The notes under the pieces were generated by a model. That model was not told where the DNA came from and did no database searches. It was given only the letters and a program-made list of their open reading frames with translations. A DNA stretch of 28,585 bases from Candidatus Limnocylindria bacterium (GTDB lineage Bacteria; Chloroflexota; Limnocylindria; QHBO01). Made by a program: the position numbers and the translations under genes. The stretch covers positions 1 through 28,585 of the forward strand of contig JBDSGF010000020.1 in NCBI GenBank assembly GCA_039919135.1, given 5' to 3'. Positions 1 through 9,451 of the stretch are shown one piece after another; position 1 is the stretch's first letter, and the number at the start of each line of letters is the position of its first letter.

Positions 1-25
1 GCGAGTTCCTCACCGGCGCGAGCGC

Positions 26-1399
26 CTAGACCACCTTCCCCGGGTTGAGGATGCCCAGCGGGTCTAGCGCAGCCTTGATTGAGCGCATCACCGCGACCGC
101 CTCGGCACCCCGCTGGAGCTCCAGGAATTCGCGGCGCGCCGCACCGATGCCGTGCTCGCCGGTGACCGTCCCGCCCATCGCGATCGCCGCGCGGTAGAGC
201 TCCTCGCAGGCGGCGTGAGCGCGCTCCTCGGCCGCCGAGTCGCCGCGGTCCCAGACGAAGGTGGGGTGCAGGTTGCCGTCGCCGGCATGGCCGAACGTCC
301 CGCAGCGCACGTCGTGCGCGGCAGCGATGCGCTCAATCGCCGTCAGCAGCTCCGGCAGCAGAGAGCGTGGCGCGCCCACGTCCTCCATGCGAGCGACGCC
401 GAGACGCTCCATGGCTCGGAACGCGAGTCGTCGCACCTGACGTAGCCAGTCGGCCTCCATCGGGTCGTTGGCACGGACGACCGAGGTGGCGCCCGCATCG
501 GTGCATGCGGCTTCGCCGGCGGCCAGCTCGTCATCGGCCGCTGAGCCAGGTCGGTCTGATTCGATCAGCAGGAGCGCCGCGGCGGATCGGTCCAGGCCAA
601 GGTTGTGCCAGTCGTCGACGGCGGCGATGACCATGTGATCCATGAGCTCCAGCGTGCAGGGCTCCAGGCCCGCCAGGGTCATGGCGGCGACCGCGTGACC
701 GGCCGATTCCAGCGTGGGAAAGAAGGCGAGCATCGTGCGCTTCGGTGGCGGCGCCGGGCGCAGACGCAGCGTCGCCTCGGTCACGATCCCCAGCGTGCCC
801 TGCGATCCGACGAACAGATGCGTCAGCGAATAGCCGGCCACGTCCTTCACGTTGCGGCCGCCGGTGCTGACGATGCGGCCGTCGGTGAGGACGACCTCCA
901 GGGACAGGACCGCATCGCGGGTGACGCCGTACTTCACGCAGCACAGGCCGCCGGCGTTGGTGCCGATGTTGCCGCCGATAGAGCAGAACTCGTAGCTCGC
1001 CGGATCCTGCGCGTAGAAGAGGCCCTCCTTGGCGACCGCCGTCTTCAGGTCCGCGTTGATGACGCCGGGCTGGACGACGGCAACCAAGTTGGCTCGGTCG
1101 ATCTCCAGGATGGTGTTCATGCGGGTGAGCGCGATGGTCAGGGCGCCGTCCACCCCGGCGGATCCTCCCGACAGCCCGGACCCGGCCCCGCGCGGCACCA
1201 CCGGCACGCGATGCTCGGTCGCGAGCCGCATGATCGTCGCCACCTCCTCCGTCGTGGACGGGAGCGCGACCGCCAGCGGCAGCCCTGGCTCGTAGTGAGC
1301 GGTCTCATCGCGCCGATACGACTCGCGATCGGCTTCGTCAATGAGGAGTCGTACCGATGGCGCCTGCCTGCGGAGATCGTCGAGGAATGCGGTGCTCAT
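26..1399 (-). CDS. FAD-linked oxidase/dehydrogenase, GlcD / D-lactate dehydrogenase family
   Basis: Motifs PRGAGSGLSGG, IGGNIGTNAGG, GHAGDGNLH and GEHGIG. Start placed at ATG 1399 (MSTAFL) rather than the ORF-track 1429. Confidence 0.85.
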   Translation of the reverse strand: MSTAFLDDLRRQAPSVRLLIDEADRESYRRDETAHYEPGLPLAVALPSTTEEVATIMRLATEHRVPVVPRGAGSGLSGGSAGVDGALTIALTRMNTILEIDRANLVAVVQPGVINADLKTAVAKEGLFYAQDPASYEFCSIGGNIGTNAGGLCCVKYGVTRDAVLSLEVVLTDGRIVSTGGRNVKDVAGYSLTHLFVGSQGTLGIVTEATLRLRPAPPPKRTMLAFFPTLESAGHAVAAMTLAGLEPCTLELMDHMVIAAVDDWHNLGLDRSAAALLLIESDRPGSAADDELAAGEAACTDAGATSVVRANDPMEADWLRQVRRLAFRAMERLGVARMEDVGAPRSLLPELLTAIERIAAAHDVRCGTFGHAGDGNLHPTFVWDRGDSAAEERAHAACEELYRAAIAMGGTVTGEHGIGAARREFLELQRGAEAVAVMRSIKAALDPLGILNPGKVV

Positions 1400-1508
1400 G
1401 GGGCCAGTTCCATCGGTCCATGTTGCCACGCTGGCCGGCCGCGGTCCGCTTCACCGAGGTGTAGTATCCGCGGCTAGGTTCGGACGTAGGTGAGGGAGCT
1501 CAGCACTG

Positions 1509-2711
1509 ATGGCAAAGGTCCTATGCGTCCTGTACGACGATCCTGTCGATGGGTATCCAACGTCCTACGCTCGGGACGGGGTCCCGGTGATTGAGCAATA
1601 CCACAACGGCCAGACCACGCCGACCCCGGAGCGGATCGACTTCACGCCGGGGGAGCTCCTCGGCAGCGTTTCAGGGGAACTCGGCCTGCGGCGGTTCCTC
1701 GAGGAACGTGGACACACCTTCGTCGTCACCTCGGACAAGGAGGGGCCGGACTCGACCCTCGACCGGGAGCTTTCCGACGCCGATGTCGTTATCTCGCAGC
1801 CCTTCTGGCCCGCCTACCTGACGGCCGAGCGGATCGCCAAGGCGCCGCGCCTCAAGCTCGCGATCACGGCCGGCATCGGCTCGGACCACGTCGATCTTGA
1901 AGCGGCGAACGAGCATGGGATCACCGTCGCCGAGGTCACCTATTCCAACAGCATCAGCGTGTCCGAGCACGTGGTGATGATGATCCTGTCGCTGGTGCGC
2001 AACTACATCCCGTCGTACGGCTGGGTCGTCAAGGGTGGATGGAACATCGCCGACTGCGTCGCTCGGTCGTATGACCTCGAGGGCATGCAGGTTGGGACGG
2101 TCGCTGCCGGCCGGATCGGTTCCGCTGTCCTACGACGCCTGAAGCCGTTCGAGGTGGGACTGCACTATACCGATCGACACCGACTGCCCGAGGAGGTCGA
2201 GCGGGAGCTTGGGGTGACCTACCACCCGGACGCCGAGTCGATGGTGCCGGTGTGTGATGTGGTCACCATCAATGCGCCCCTCCATCCCGAGACCGAGCAT
2301 CTTTTCGACGATGCACTCATTGGCAAGATGAAGCGCGGCGCGTACATCGTGAACACCGCGCGAGGCAAGATCTGCGATCGCGATGCCATCGCGCGCGCCC
2401 TCGAGAGCGGCCAGCTTGCCGGATATGCGGGTGACGTCTGGTACCCACAGCCGGCACCCGCGGATCATCCGTGGCGGTCGATGCCGCATCACGGCATGAC
2501 GCCACACGTATCGGGGTCATCCCTCTCGGCGCAGGCCCGCTACGCGGCTGGCACGCGCGAAATCCTGGAGTGCTGGTTCGACGGTCGTCCGATCCGCGAC
2601 GAGTACCTCATCGCCGACGGCGGCAGGCTGGCGGGAGCCGGCGCTCACTCGTACAGCGTTGGCGGCACCGCCGAGCGTCCCGACACGGCTGAAGCCATGA
2701 CGAGCAGTTAG
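1509..2711 (+). CDS. fdh: NAD-dependent (metal-independent) formate dehydrogenase
   Basis: N-terminus MAKVLCVLYDDP, GIGSDHVDL, AAGRIG Rossmann motif, TDRH (Asp giving NAD specificity), GDVWYPQP and TPHVSG, all typical of Pseudomonas sp.101-type FDH. GGGAG RBS upstream. Confidence 0.95.
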   Translation: MAKVLCVLYDDPVDGYPTSYARDGVPVIEQYHNGQTTPTPERIDFTPGELLGSVSGELGLRRFLEERGHTFVVTSDKEGPDSTLDRELSDADVVISQPFWPAYLTAERIAKAPRLKLAITAGIGSDHVDLEAANEHGITVAEVTYSNSISVSEHVVMMILSLVRNYIPSYGWVVKGGWNIADCVARSYDLEGMQVGTVAAGRIGSAVLRRLKPFEVGLHYTDRHRLPEEVERELGVTYHPDAESMVPVCDVVTINAPLHPETEHLFDDALIGKMKRGAYIVNTARGKICDRDAIARALESGQLAGYAGDVWYPQPAPADHPWRSMPHHGMTPHVSGSSLSAQARYAAGTREILECWFDGRPIRDEYLIADGGRLAGAGAHSYSVGGTAERPDTAEAMTSS

Positions 2712-2730
2712 AGCTCGGCCGAACGCGACC

Positions 2731-3198
2731 TTGACGGACGATTCGCTCGCCGGTTTCCTCGACGAGCTCGCTGCGGATCCCCCGGGTCCGGCAGCCGGGT
2801 CGGCCGCCGCGATCGTCGTCGCGATGGCCGCCGCGCTCCTCGAGCTGGCCGCGAGACGATCAGGCGAGGACGGGATAGCCTCGCAGGCTTCCTCAATTCG
2901 TACGGCAGCGCTGCCGCTGGCGGAGGCGGACGCCCGCGCTTACCGGGTGGTGCTGCAAACGCGGGGAGATGAGAGGCGGTCTGCCTTGCGCCGTGCCTCG
3001 GACGTCCTGCGCGAGATCGGGGCTGCGGCGGCAGCCGTAGAGAAGCTCGCCTTGCCACTCCTCGAGCTTGCAAAGCCCGCGCTGGGAGGCGAGGTGGTCG
3101 CCGCAAGCGAGCTCGCCCGAGCCGCACGCCGCGTCAGCGAGAATCTCGTCGCGGTCAACGGCTCGGCGGATGCCACCGTCGGAGGCGCGGCCCGATGA
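2731..3198 (+). CDS. Cyclodeaminase/cyclohydrolase family protein (FTCD_C / FchA-like), short
   Basis: SLAGFLDELAADPPGPAAGSAAA resembles the family N-terminal FL..LAS..P.PGGGS..A motif, plus DARAY. TTG start; overlaps fhs by 4 nt (ATGA). Confidence 0.75.
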   Translation: MTDDSLAGFLDELAADPPGPAAGSAAAIVVAMAAALLELAARRSGEDGIASQASSIRTAALPLAEADARAYRVVLQTRGDERRSALRRASDVLREIGAAAAAVEKLALPLLELAKPALGGEVVAASELARAARRVSENLVAVNGSADATVGGAAR

Positions 3199-4901
3199 CC
3201 TTTCCGTCCGACCTGGCGATCGCCCGATCGGTCACGCCGCGCCCCATCCAGGACGTCGCGCGGGACCTTGGGCTGCACGACGACGAGATCGAGCCGTACG
3301 GCCGCACGAAGGCGAAGATCACGCTCGCCGGGATTCGTCGGCTCGAAGCGGAGAATCCTCGCGGCAAGTACGTCGTGGTGACCGCTATCACGCCGACGCC
3401 ACTCGGCGAGGGGAAGTCGACCACGACCGTGGGGCTGGCGCAGGGCCTCAACCGGATCGGCCGTAGGGCGGCAGTGTGCATCCGTCAGCCGTCGCTCGGG
3501 CCCGTCTTCGGTGTCAAGGGCGGCGCAGCCGGGGGCGGCTACAGCCAGGTCATCCCGATGGAGGACTTCAACCTGCATCTGACCGGCGATGTCCATGCCA
3601 TCGGCGCGGCACACAACCTGGCGGCCGCCTTCATCGACAACAGCCTGCACCACAAGAATCCACTCGGGATCGACCCGCACTCGATCCTCTGGCCGCGCGT
3701 CGTCGACATCAGCGACCGAGCGATCCGGCACACGACCATCGGCCTCGGTGGGCGGGAGAATGGCATCCCGCGCGAAACCGAGTGGCAGATCACGGCCGCC
3801 TCGGAGGTGATGGCGGCGCTGGCGCTGACGAGCGACATCCACGACCTGCGCACGCGACTGGGCCGGATGGTCCTCGCCATGCGCGCCGATGGAACACCAG
3901 TCACCGCAGACGACCTCAGGGTCGCCGGGGCGATGACCGCCCTCCTGACCGATGCCATCAAGCCGAACCTCCTCCAGACCCTCGAAGGCGGTCCGGCGTT
4001 TGTCCACTGCGGCCCGTTCGGCAACATCGCCCATGGCAACAACTCGGTACTTGCGGACCGGATTGCGCTGGCCACCAATGAGATCGTGTGCACGGAGGCC
4101 GGCTTCGGTGCGGACATGGGCGCCGAGAAGTTCTTCGACATCAAGTGTCGAGCGTCGGGGCTGCGACCCGATGCGGCCGTCGTGGTGGCCACCATCCGCG
4201 CCCTCAAGATGCATGGCGGCGTCGGCAAGATCGTCGGCGGAGTGGCGCTGGATCCAGCGTTCGCCACGGAGGATGTCGTGGCCGTCCGGGCCGGAGCGGC
4301 CAACCTCGTCAAGCAGGTCGAGAACGTCCTGGCCTTCAACGTCCCCGCGGTCGTCGCCATCAACGTCTTTCCGACGGACACGCCCGCGGAGATCGCGGCA
4401 GTCCGCGACGTCGCACTCGCCGCCGGCGCCCGTGACGCGGTGATCGCGACCCACTTCACCGATGGCGGCGCCGGAGCCGTGGCGCTCGCCGAGGCAGTAT
4501 GGGAGGCCGCGCAGGTCGGCGCCCCTGACTTCACATTCCTCTACCCGGACGACGCGCCGTTCATCGAAAAGATCGAGACCATCGCCCGGTCCATGTACGG
4601 GGCGGACGGCGTGGATCTGGCGCCCGCCGCGGCGAGGGCGCTGCGGCGCTATGAAGAGCTCGGCTTTGGGCATCTCCCGGTCTGCATGGCCAAGACGCAG
4701 GCCTCGCTGAGCCACGATCCCGCACTCCGGGGCCGCCCGACGGGCTTCCGGGTGCCAATCAGGGACGTGGCGTTGTCCGCGGGTGCTGGCTACGTCATCC
4801 CGTCGGTCGGCGACATCCGGACGATGCCGGGATTGCCGTCGAGGCCGGGCGGGGCGAACATCGATATCGACGCCGAAGGCAACATCGTTGGCCTCTTCTA
4901 G
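3195..4901 (+). CDS. fhs: Formate--tetrahydrofolate ligase
   Basis: TPTPLGEGKSTTT, GVKGGAAGGGYSQV, HCGPFGNIAHG, TEAGFGADMGAEKF, CMAKTQ, TMPGLP. Confidence 0.96.
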   Translation: MTFPSDLAIARSVTPRPIQDVARDLGLHDDEIEPYGRTKAKITLAGIRRLEAENPRGKYVVVTAITPTPLGEGKSTTTVGLAQGLNRIGRRAAVCIRQPSLGPVFGVKGGAAGGGYSQVIPMEDFNLHLTGDVHAIGAAHNLAAAFIDNSLHHKNPLGIDPHSILWPRVVDISDRAIRHTTIGLGGRENGIPRETEWQITAASEVMAALALTSDIHDLRTRLGRMVLAMRADGTPVTADDLRVAGAMTALLTDAIKPNLLQTLEGGPAFVHCGPFGNIAHGNNSVLADRIALATNEIVCTEAGFGADMGAEKFFDIKCRASGLRPDAAVVVATIRALKMHGGVGKIVGGVALDPAFATEDVVAVRAGAANLVKQVENVLAFNVPAVVAINVFPTDTPAEIAAVRDVALAAGARDAVIATHFTDGGAGAVALAEAVWEAAQVGAPDFTFLYPDDAPFIEKIETIARSMYGADGVDLAPAAARALRRYEELGFGHLPVCMAKTQASLSHDPALRGRPTGFRVPIRDVALSAGAGYVIPSVGDIRTMPGLPSRPGGANIDIDAEGNIVGLF

Positions 4902-4929
4902 CTTCGACCGAGGGGCAGCGGATGCGCCA

Positions 4930-7155
4930 GTGACCGGGCCCGGCCGCATCATCATCGATGGTCGTCCGATCCCATTCGGGGCCGACGATTCGGTCGCCGT
5001 GGCGATGATGCGTGCCGGCCTCCATCCCAATCACGGAGGCACCCTGTGCCTGGCCGGCGACTGCGGGAACTGCGTCGTCGAGGTCGACGGCGTCGCGTAC
5101 GTCCGCAGTTGTCAGATTCGCGCCCGCCCGGAGCTCGTGGTCCAGCGTCATCCCGCGGCCGAAGCCCCCCCAATGCCGACCGCGTCGCGGGTTGACCTCA
5201 CCGATCCTCCGCCCGCCCCCCGCATCCGAGTTGAGCGCGCGGAGGCCGATGTCGTCGTCGTTGGCGCCGGCGACAGTGGGACCTCGGCCGCCGCGGACGC
5301 TCGCCGCCGGGGACGAAGCGTCACCGTGCTCGACGCGAATGACGGGATGGAAGTCGTCGGCATCTATGCCGGGCCGACCGTCATCGTCCGCACCCCCGAC
5401 GGCATGCTCCACATCGGTGCCCATGACGTGATCGTTGCGACCGGGGCGGCCGAGCTGCACCCGGTCTGCCCGGGAAACACGCTGGCCGGCCTGGTCACCG
5501 CGCGCGCCGCCCAGCAGCTGCACGCGGGCGGTGTGGACCTGGGCATGGCCGTCGCCATCGGCGCGGCACCGAGCGGGGTGCCGTGCACGGCCGTGCCGGG
5601 CAGGCTGCTCCGCATCGAGGGCGAGGGAACGGTGTCGGCGGTCGTCACGGTTGACGACGACGGGAGTGGCCATGAGCGGAGCACCGCGTGCGACACGGTC
5701 ATTTTCGGCATTGGCCACGCCGCGCGCGACGGGCTCACGCGGATGGCCGGGAACCTCGCGGTCACGGTCGTCGGACCGGCCGCCGAGGCGTTCCCGCTCC
5801 CCGCCGGCCCGACCGCGGGCACGGTCTGTCCGTGCTCGCTCGTGAACGTCGACGATCTCGACAGCGTGTGGGACCGCGGGTTCCGGGAATTGGAGCTGGT
5901 CAAGCGCGCCAGCCTCGTCGGGACCGGGACCTGTCAGGGAAGCGTCTGCCTGCCGTATCTGCGGGCCTTCATCGCCGAGCGAACGGGCGAAATCCCCGAG
6001 CCGTTCACCGCGCGCCCGGCAGCGCGTCAGATCACGCTTTCCGAAGCCGCCGCCGGTGCGCATGTCGACGCGTTCCGGCGCACGCCGCTGCATGACGAGC
6101 ACACAGCTCTGGGCGCACGCATGGATCGCTTCGGGGGATGGTGGCGCCCGTGGCACTACGGCGATCATGTCGCCGAGTACTGGTCCGTGCGTGAGGCGGT
6201 ATCGCTGGGTGACGTGAGCACGCTCGGAAAGCTCGTGGTCTCGGGGCCCGATGCGGTCGAGGCCCTCGAGCGGCTCTATCCTATGCGCGTCGCCGACATC
6301 CGGATCGGCCGATCCCGCTACGCCCTCTTGCTCAACGAGCGCGGGCATGTCATGGATGACGGCATGGTCTGCCGGGAAGCGGAATCACGCTTTGTCCTCA
6401 CCTTCACCTCGGCGGGGGCTGGGCATGCGGAAATGTGGGTTCGTGACTGGGTCGAGACATGGGGCCTCAGGGTCCATGTGCTGGACCGCACGATGTCGCT
6501 GGCGGCCATCAACGTCACCGGTCCGCTCGCGGGTCAACTGCTCGAACGTGTGGGGCTTTCCGCGCAGCCGCGGTTCCTGGAGCACGCCCACGCGCAGGTG
6601 GCCGGCATACCGTGCCACGTGATGCGGCTGAGCTTCACCGGAGAGATGTCCTTCGAGCTGCACCACCCGGTCGACCGCTCGGTCGAGCTGTGGAGGGCGC
6701 TGATGGCGCACGGCCGAGATCTCGGCATCGCGCCTCACGGCCTCCAGGCACTTCAGGGACTGCGCCTCGAGAAGGGCAACGTGATCGTGGGGATGGACAC
6801 CGAGCTCGACTCGACGCCTCGGCGGCTCGGGATGGACTGGGCGGTGAAGATGGAGAAGGCCGACTTTGTCGGTCGCAGCGCCTTGGCCCGCACGGCTCAG
6901 CTCGCCGATGACCGCCAGCTTGTGGGGCTGACGATGCCGGGCATCGCGCCGACAGAAGGCAGCCCAATCTGGTCCGACGGGGACGTTGTCGGCCATGTCG
7001 CATCGAGCTTCACCTCGCCGATCCTTGGCCACGTCGTGATGCTGGGTTGGTTGAAGCGCGCGCCGTTCCCCGAGCAGGTCGAGGTGGACGGGCGAACCGC
7101 CTCCGTCGTCCCACCTCCGTTCTACGACCCGGAGGGCATCCGTGCTCGCGCTTGA
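4930..7155 (+). CDS. Sarcosine-oxidase alpha-like subunit: 2Fe-2S domain, shortened Rossmann domain, BFD-like Cys domain, GcvT/THF-binding domain (741 aa)
   Basis: CLAGDCGNC..RSC; VVVVGAGDSG; VCPC...GTGTCQGSVC; RRTPLH, DVSTLGK, DDG, FTGEMSFEL, LRLEKG. Start placed at GTG 4930 just after the fhs stop. Confidence 0.82.
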   Translation: MTGPGRIIIDGRPIPFGADDSVAVAMMRAGLHPNHGGTLCLAGDCGNCVVEVDGVAYVRSCQIRARPELVVQRHPAAEAPPMPTASRVDLTDPPPAPRIRVERAEADVVVVGAGDSGTSAAADARRRGRSVTVLDANDGMEVVGIYAGPTVIVRTPDGMLHIGAHDVIVATGAAELHPVCPGNTLAGLVTARAAQQLHAGGVDLGMAVAIGAAPSGVPCTAVPGRLLRIEGEGTVSAVVTVDDDGSGHERSTACDTVIFGIGHAARDGLTRMAGNLAVTVVGPAAEAFPLPAGPTAGTVCPCSLVNVDDLDSVWDRGFRELELVKRASLVGTGTCQGSVCLPYLRAFIAERTGEIPEPFTARPAARQITLSEAAAGAHVDAFRRTPLHDEHTALGARMDRFGGWWRPWHYGDHVAEYWSVREAVSLGDVSTLGKLVVSGPDAVEALERLYPMRVADIRIGRSRYALLLNERGHVMDDGMVCREAESRFVLTFTSAGAGHAEMWVRDWVETWGLRVHVLDRTMSLAAINVTGPLAGQLLERVGLSAQPRFLEHAHAQVAGIPCHVMRLSFTGEMSFELHHPVDRSVELWRALMAHGRDLGIAPHGLQALQGLRLEKGNVIVGMDTELDSTPRRLGMDWAVKMEKADFVGRSALARTAQLADDRQLVGLTMPGIAPTEGSPIWSDGDVVGHVASSFTSPILGHVVMLGWLKRAPFPEQVEVDGRTASVVPPPFYDPEGIRARA

Positions 7156-7522
7156 GGCCATCTTGGGCCTGCGGGTCATGGCTTCGCCGGAGGCGCTCGA
7201 TGCCGCTCCCTGGGCAAGCGAAGCTGTCGTGCTCAGGTTTGCGCCAGATGACGCGTTCGCCATCAGCGTCATGGACATCGATGTCACCGACGACCATGCG
7301 ATCGTCGCCCAGGAGGCCGGATTCGTGGGAGTGTGGCTGACCACCGATGAGCTGATCGAGCGAGTCGTCCCCCACATCGAGTGGCCGCTGCCCGTCGCAC
7401 GGCCGGCGCTGGCCCAGGGCCTGATCGCGGGCGTCCCCGCCAAGCTCTGGCTCGCCGAAGACCGCGCGCTGCTGCTGTGCGCCGGCGCCTACGCACACGA
7501 ACTCACTGAGCGGCTGCGATGA
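7142..7522 (+). CDS. Sarcosine-oxidase gamma-like subunit (short, 126 aa)
   Basis: Sits between the alpha- and beta-like genes with overlapping ends. VLRFAPDD resembles the gamma-type W.GPDE loop; QGLIAGVPAKLW. Assignment rests mostly on context. Confidence 0.55.
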   Translation: MLALEAILGLRVMASPEALDAAPWASEAVVLRFAPDDAFAISVMDIDVTDDHAIVAQEAGFVGVWLTTDELIERVVPHIEWPLPVARPALAQGLIAGVPAKLWLAEDRALLLCAGAYAHELTERLR

Positions 7523-8727
7523 ACGAGTTCGTCGAGAGGCAGATCGCGCTCGAATGGCGCGAGCCGAAGCGCTCGTACGACGTGGTGATCGTGGGGGGAG
7601 GTGGCCACGGCCTGGCGACCGCCTACTACCTGGCGGCCCGCCACGGCATCACGAACGTGGCCGTCGTGGAAGCCGGCTACATCGGCTCGGGCAACTCCGG
7701 TCGCAACACCACCATCATCCGCGCCAACTACGGCATCCCGGAGGCGATCCGCTTCTACCAGCACAGCCTGGACCTGTACCGGACCCTCGAGGATGAGCTG
7801 AGCTGCTGGATGATGTTCAGCACCAAGGGCCTGATCTGGATGGCGCACACCGAAACACAGATGCGGGCAGAGCGGGCCCGTTGCCTGCTGAACGTCGCCT
7901 GCGGCGCGGAGACGATCATGATCACGCCGCAGCAGGCCAAGGAGCTCTGTCCACAGCTCGACCTTTCGGGTGGCGGCCGGTACCCGGTGCTTGGTGCCTC
8001 CTACCATCCGGGCGCGGCCACGGCTCGCCATGACCGGGTCGTGTGGGCCTACGCGCAGGGGGCGATGCGGCACGGCGTTGACGTGGTGCAGAACAGGAAG
8101 GTCACCGGCCTGATTCGCGATGGCGCGCGCGTTACCGGCGTCGAGACATCGGCGGGCCCCATCTCAGCCGGAGTCGTGCTGAGCGCGGTCGGCAGCAACG
8201 TGTCGACCATGGCGGCATACGCCGACGTCCGGTTGCCGATCCGGACCCATCCCCTCCAAGCCTTCGTCACGAACACCTACGCACAGAGCTTCGCCCCGAT
8301 CGTCGGCGACACCGAGCTGCTCTGCTACGTGTCGCAGAGCGCGCGCGGCGAGATGGTCATCGGGGCGGAGTTCGACCCGCAACCGAGCTATTCCCTGAGG
8401 TCCTCGTTCAACTTCCTCCAGAGCTGCGCGGCGAAGGTAACGGCCCTGCTTCCCTTCATGCGCGACCTGCGGATCCTCCGCCAGTGGGCCGGGATCTGCG
8501 ACATCTCCGCCGACTTCTCGCCGATCATGGGTGGGACGGGGGTTGATGGCTTCCTCGTGACGACGGGCTGGGGTACCTGGGGCTTCAAGGCGATCCCCGC
8601 TGGGGGTGAGCAGATGGCGGAGCTCATCGCGACCGGGCGTATCCCCGCGCTCCTCGAACCGTTTCGCCTCGATCGGTTCGCAGCGGATCACGCCATGGCG
8701 GACCAGGGCTCGACGGGGACGCACTGA
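7519..8727 (+). CDS. soxB: Sarcosine oxidase beta-like FAD-dependent subunit
   Basis: VVIVGGGGHGLATAYYLA..HGITNVAVVE, GSGNSGRNTTIIRANY, ARHDRVVWAYA, RQWAGICD..DFSPIMG, GWGTWGFKA. Confidence 0.9.
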   Translation: MNEFVERQIALEWREPKRSYDVVIVGGGGHGLATAYYLAARHGITNVAVVEAGYIGSGNSGRNTTIIRANYGIPEAIRFYQHSLDLYRTLEDELSCWMMFSTKGLIWMAHTETQMRAERARCLLNVACGAETIMITPQQAKELCPQLDLSGGGRYPVLGASYHPGAATARHDRVVWAYAQGAMRHGVDVVQNRKVTGLIRDGARVTGVETSAGPISAGVVLSAVGSNVSTMAAYADVRLPIRTHPLQAFVTNTYAQSFAPIVGDTELLCYVSQSARGEMVIGAEFDPQPSYSLRSSFNFLQSCAAKVTALLPFMRDLRILRQWAGICDISADFSPIMGGTGVDGFLVTTGWGTWGFKAIPAGGEQMAELIATGRIPALLEPFRLDRFAADHAMADQGSTGTH

Positions 8728-8963
8728 TGCTCTGGATCAGCTGCCCCGGGTGCGGCCGCCGCCCGGTCGAGGAGTTCAGCTTCGGGGGCGAGCCCCGCAG
8801 CGTCCCTGACCGGATCACCGATCCGGACGAGCGAGACGTCGACTACGCCTGGATGTACGACAACGTCGCCGGTGTTACGACCGAGCGCTGGTTTCACCGT
8901 GCCGGCTGTCGCCGCTGGCTCACCCTTCGACGAGACACCACCACCGATACGGTCGTTGACTGA
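8727..8963 (+). CDS. soxD: Sarcosine oxidase delta-like subunit (Zn-binding)
   Basis: I.CP.CG.R..EEF..GGE, ERWFH..GC..W...RDT. TGATG coupling to soxB. Confidence 0.9.
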   Translation: MLWISCPGCGRRPVEEFSFGGEPRSVPDRITDPDERDVDYAWMYDNVAGVTTERWFHRAGCRRWLTLRRDTTTDTVVD

Positions 8964-9007
8964 AGCTGCCTCGGGCTTGGCGGTCGCCGCTGGTGACGGC
9001 GGGGTCG

Positions 9008-9451
9008 TCAGCCCTCGAGCTTCGACTTCACACAGGTGAAGGTCTGGCCGATGAGCTTTCTCGCCGTTCCCTCGATCAGTCGCGCTCCGAGCGACGCCAT
9101 CATGCCGCTGAACCGCACATCCGCGGTCCAATCCATGATCGTTGTCCCCTCCGCGTCGCCGTCGCGCAGCGTCATCTCGGCGGAGCCGTCGACCGCGGTG
9201 CCGGGAGCCTTCCCGCGCCCGCGCACCTTCGCCCGTTCCGGCGCGACGCGCTCGACGAACTCGGCGTTGATCGTGAACTTCGCGTTGATCGGCCCGACGC
9301 CGACCTTCGCCTTTGCCGCGAACTTGTTCTCGTCGATCTCGTCGACGGACTCGACGCCCGGTCCGCAAGCGCCCATCTTCTGCGGATCGCTGACGAACTC
9401 CCAGACCTGATCGCGCGGCGCGGCGATCTCAACGCTGCCTGAGAACTGCAT
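9008..9451 (-). CDS. coxG: CoxG / SRPBCC family protein
   Basis: F.GSVEIAAPRDQVWEF..DP....C.PG, K.GVGPI.A.F, A..G.MASLGARLI. AAGGAGG RBS at about 9464-9470. Confidence 0.88.
   Translation of the reverse strand: MQFSGSVEIAAPRDQVWEFVSDPQKMGACGPGVESVDEIDENKFAAKAKVGVGPINAKFTINAEFVERVAPERAKVRGRGKAPGTAVDGSAEMTLRDGDAEGTTIMDWTADVRFSGMMASLGARLIEGTARKLIGQTFTCVKSKLEG

Noticed and set aside
8985-9001. Terminator hairpin CGCCG-N7-CGGCG between soxD and coxG
   Set aside because: Only a 5-bp stem with no U-tract, which is expected by chance at this GC content.
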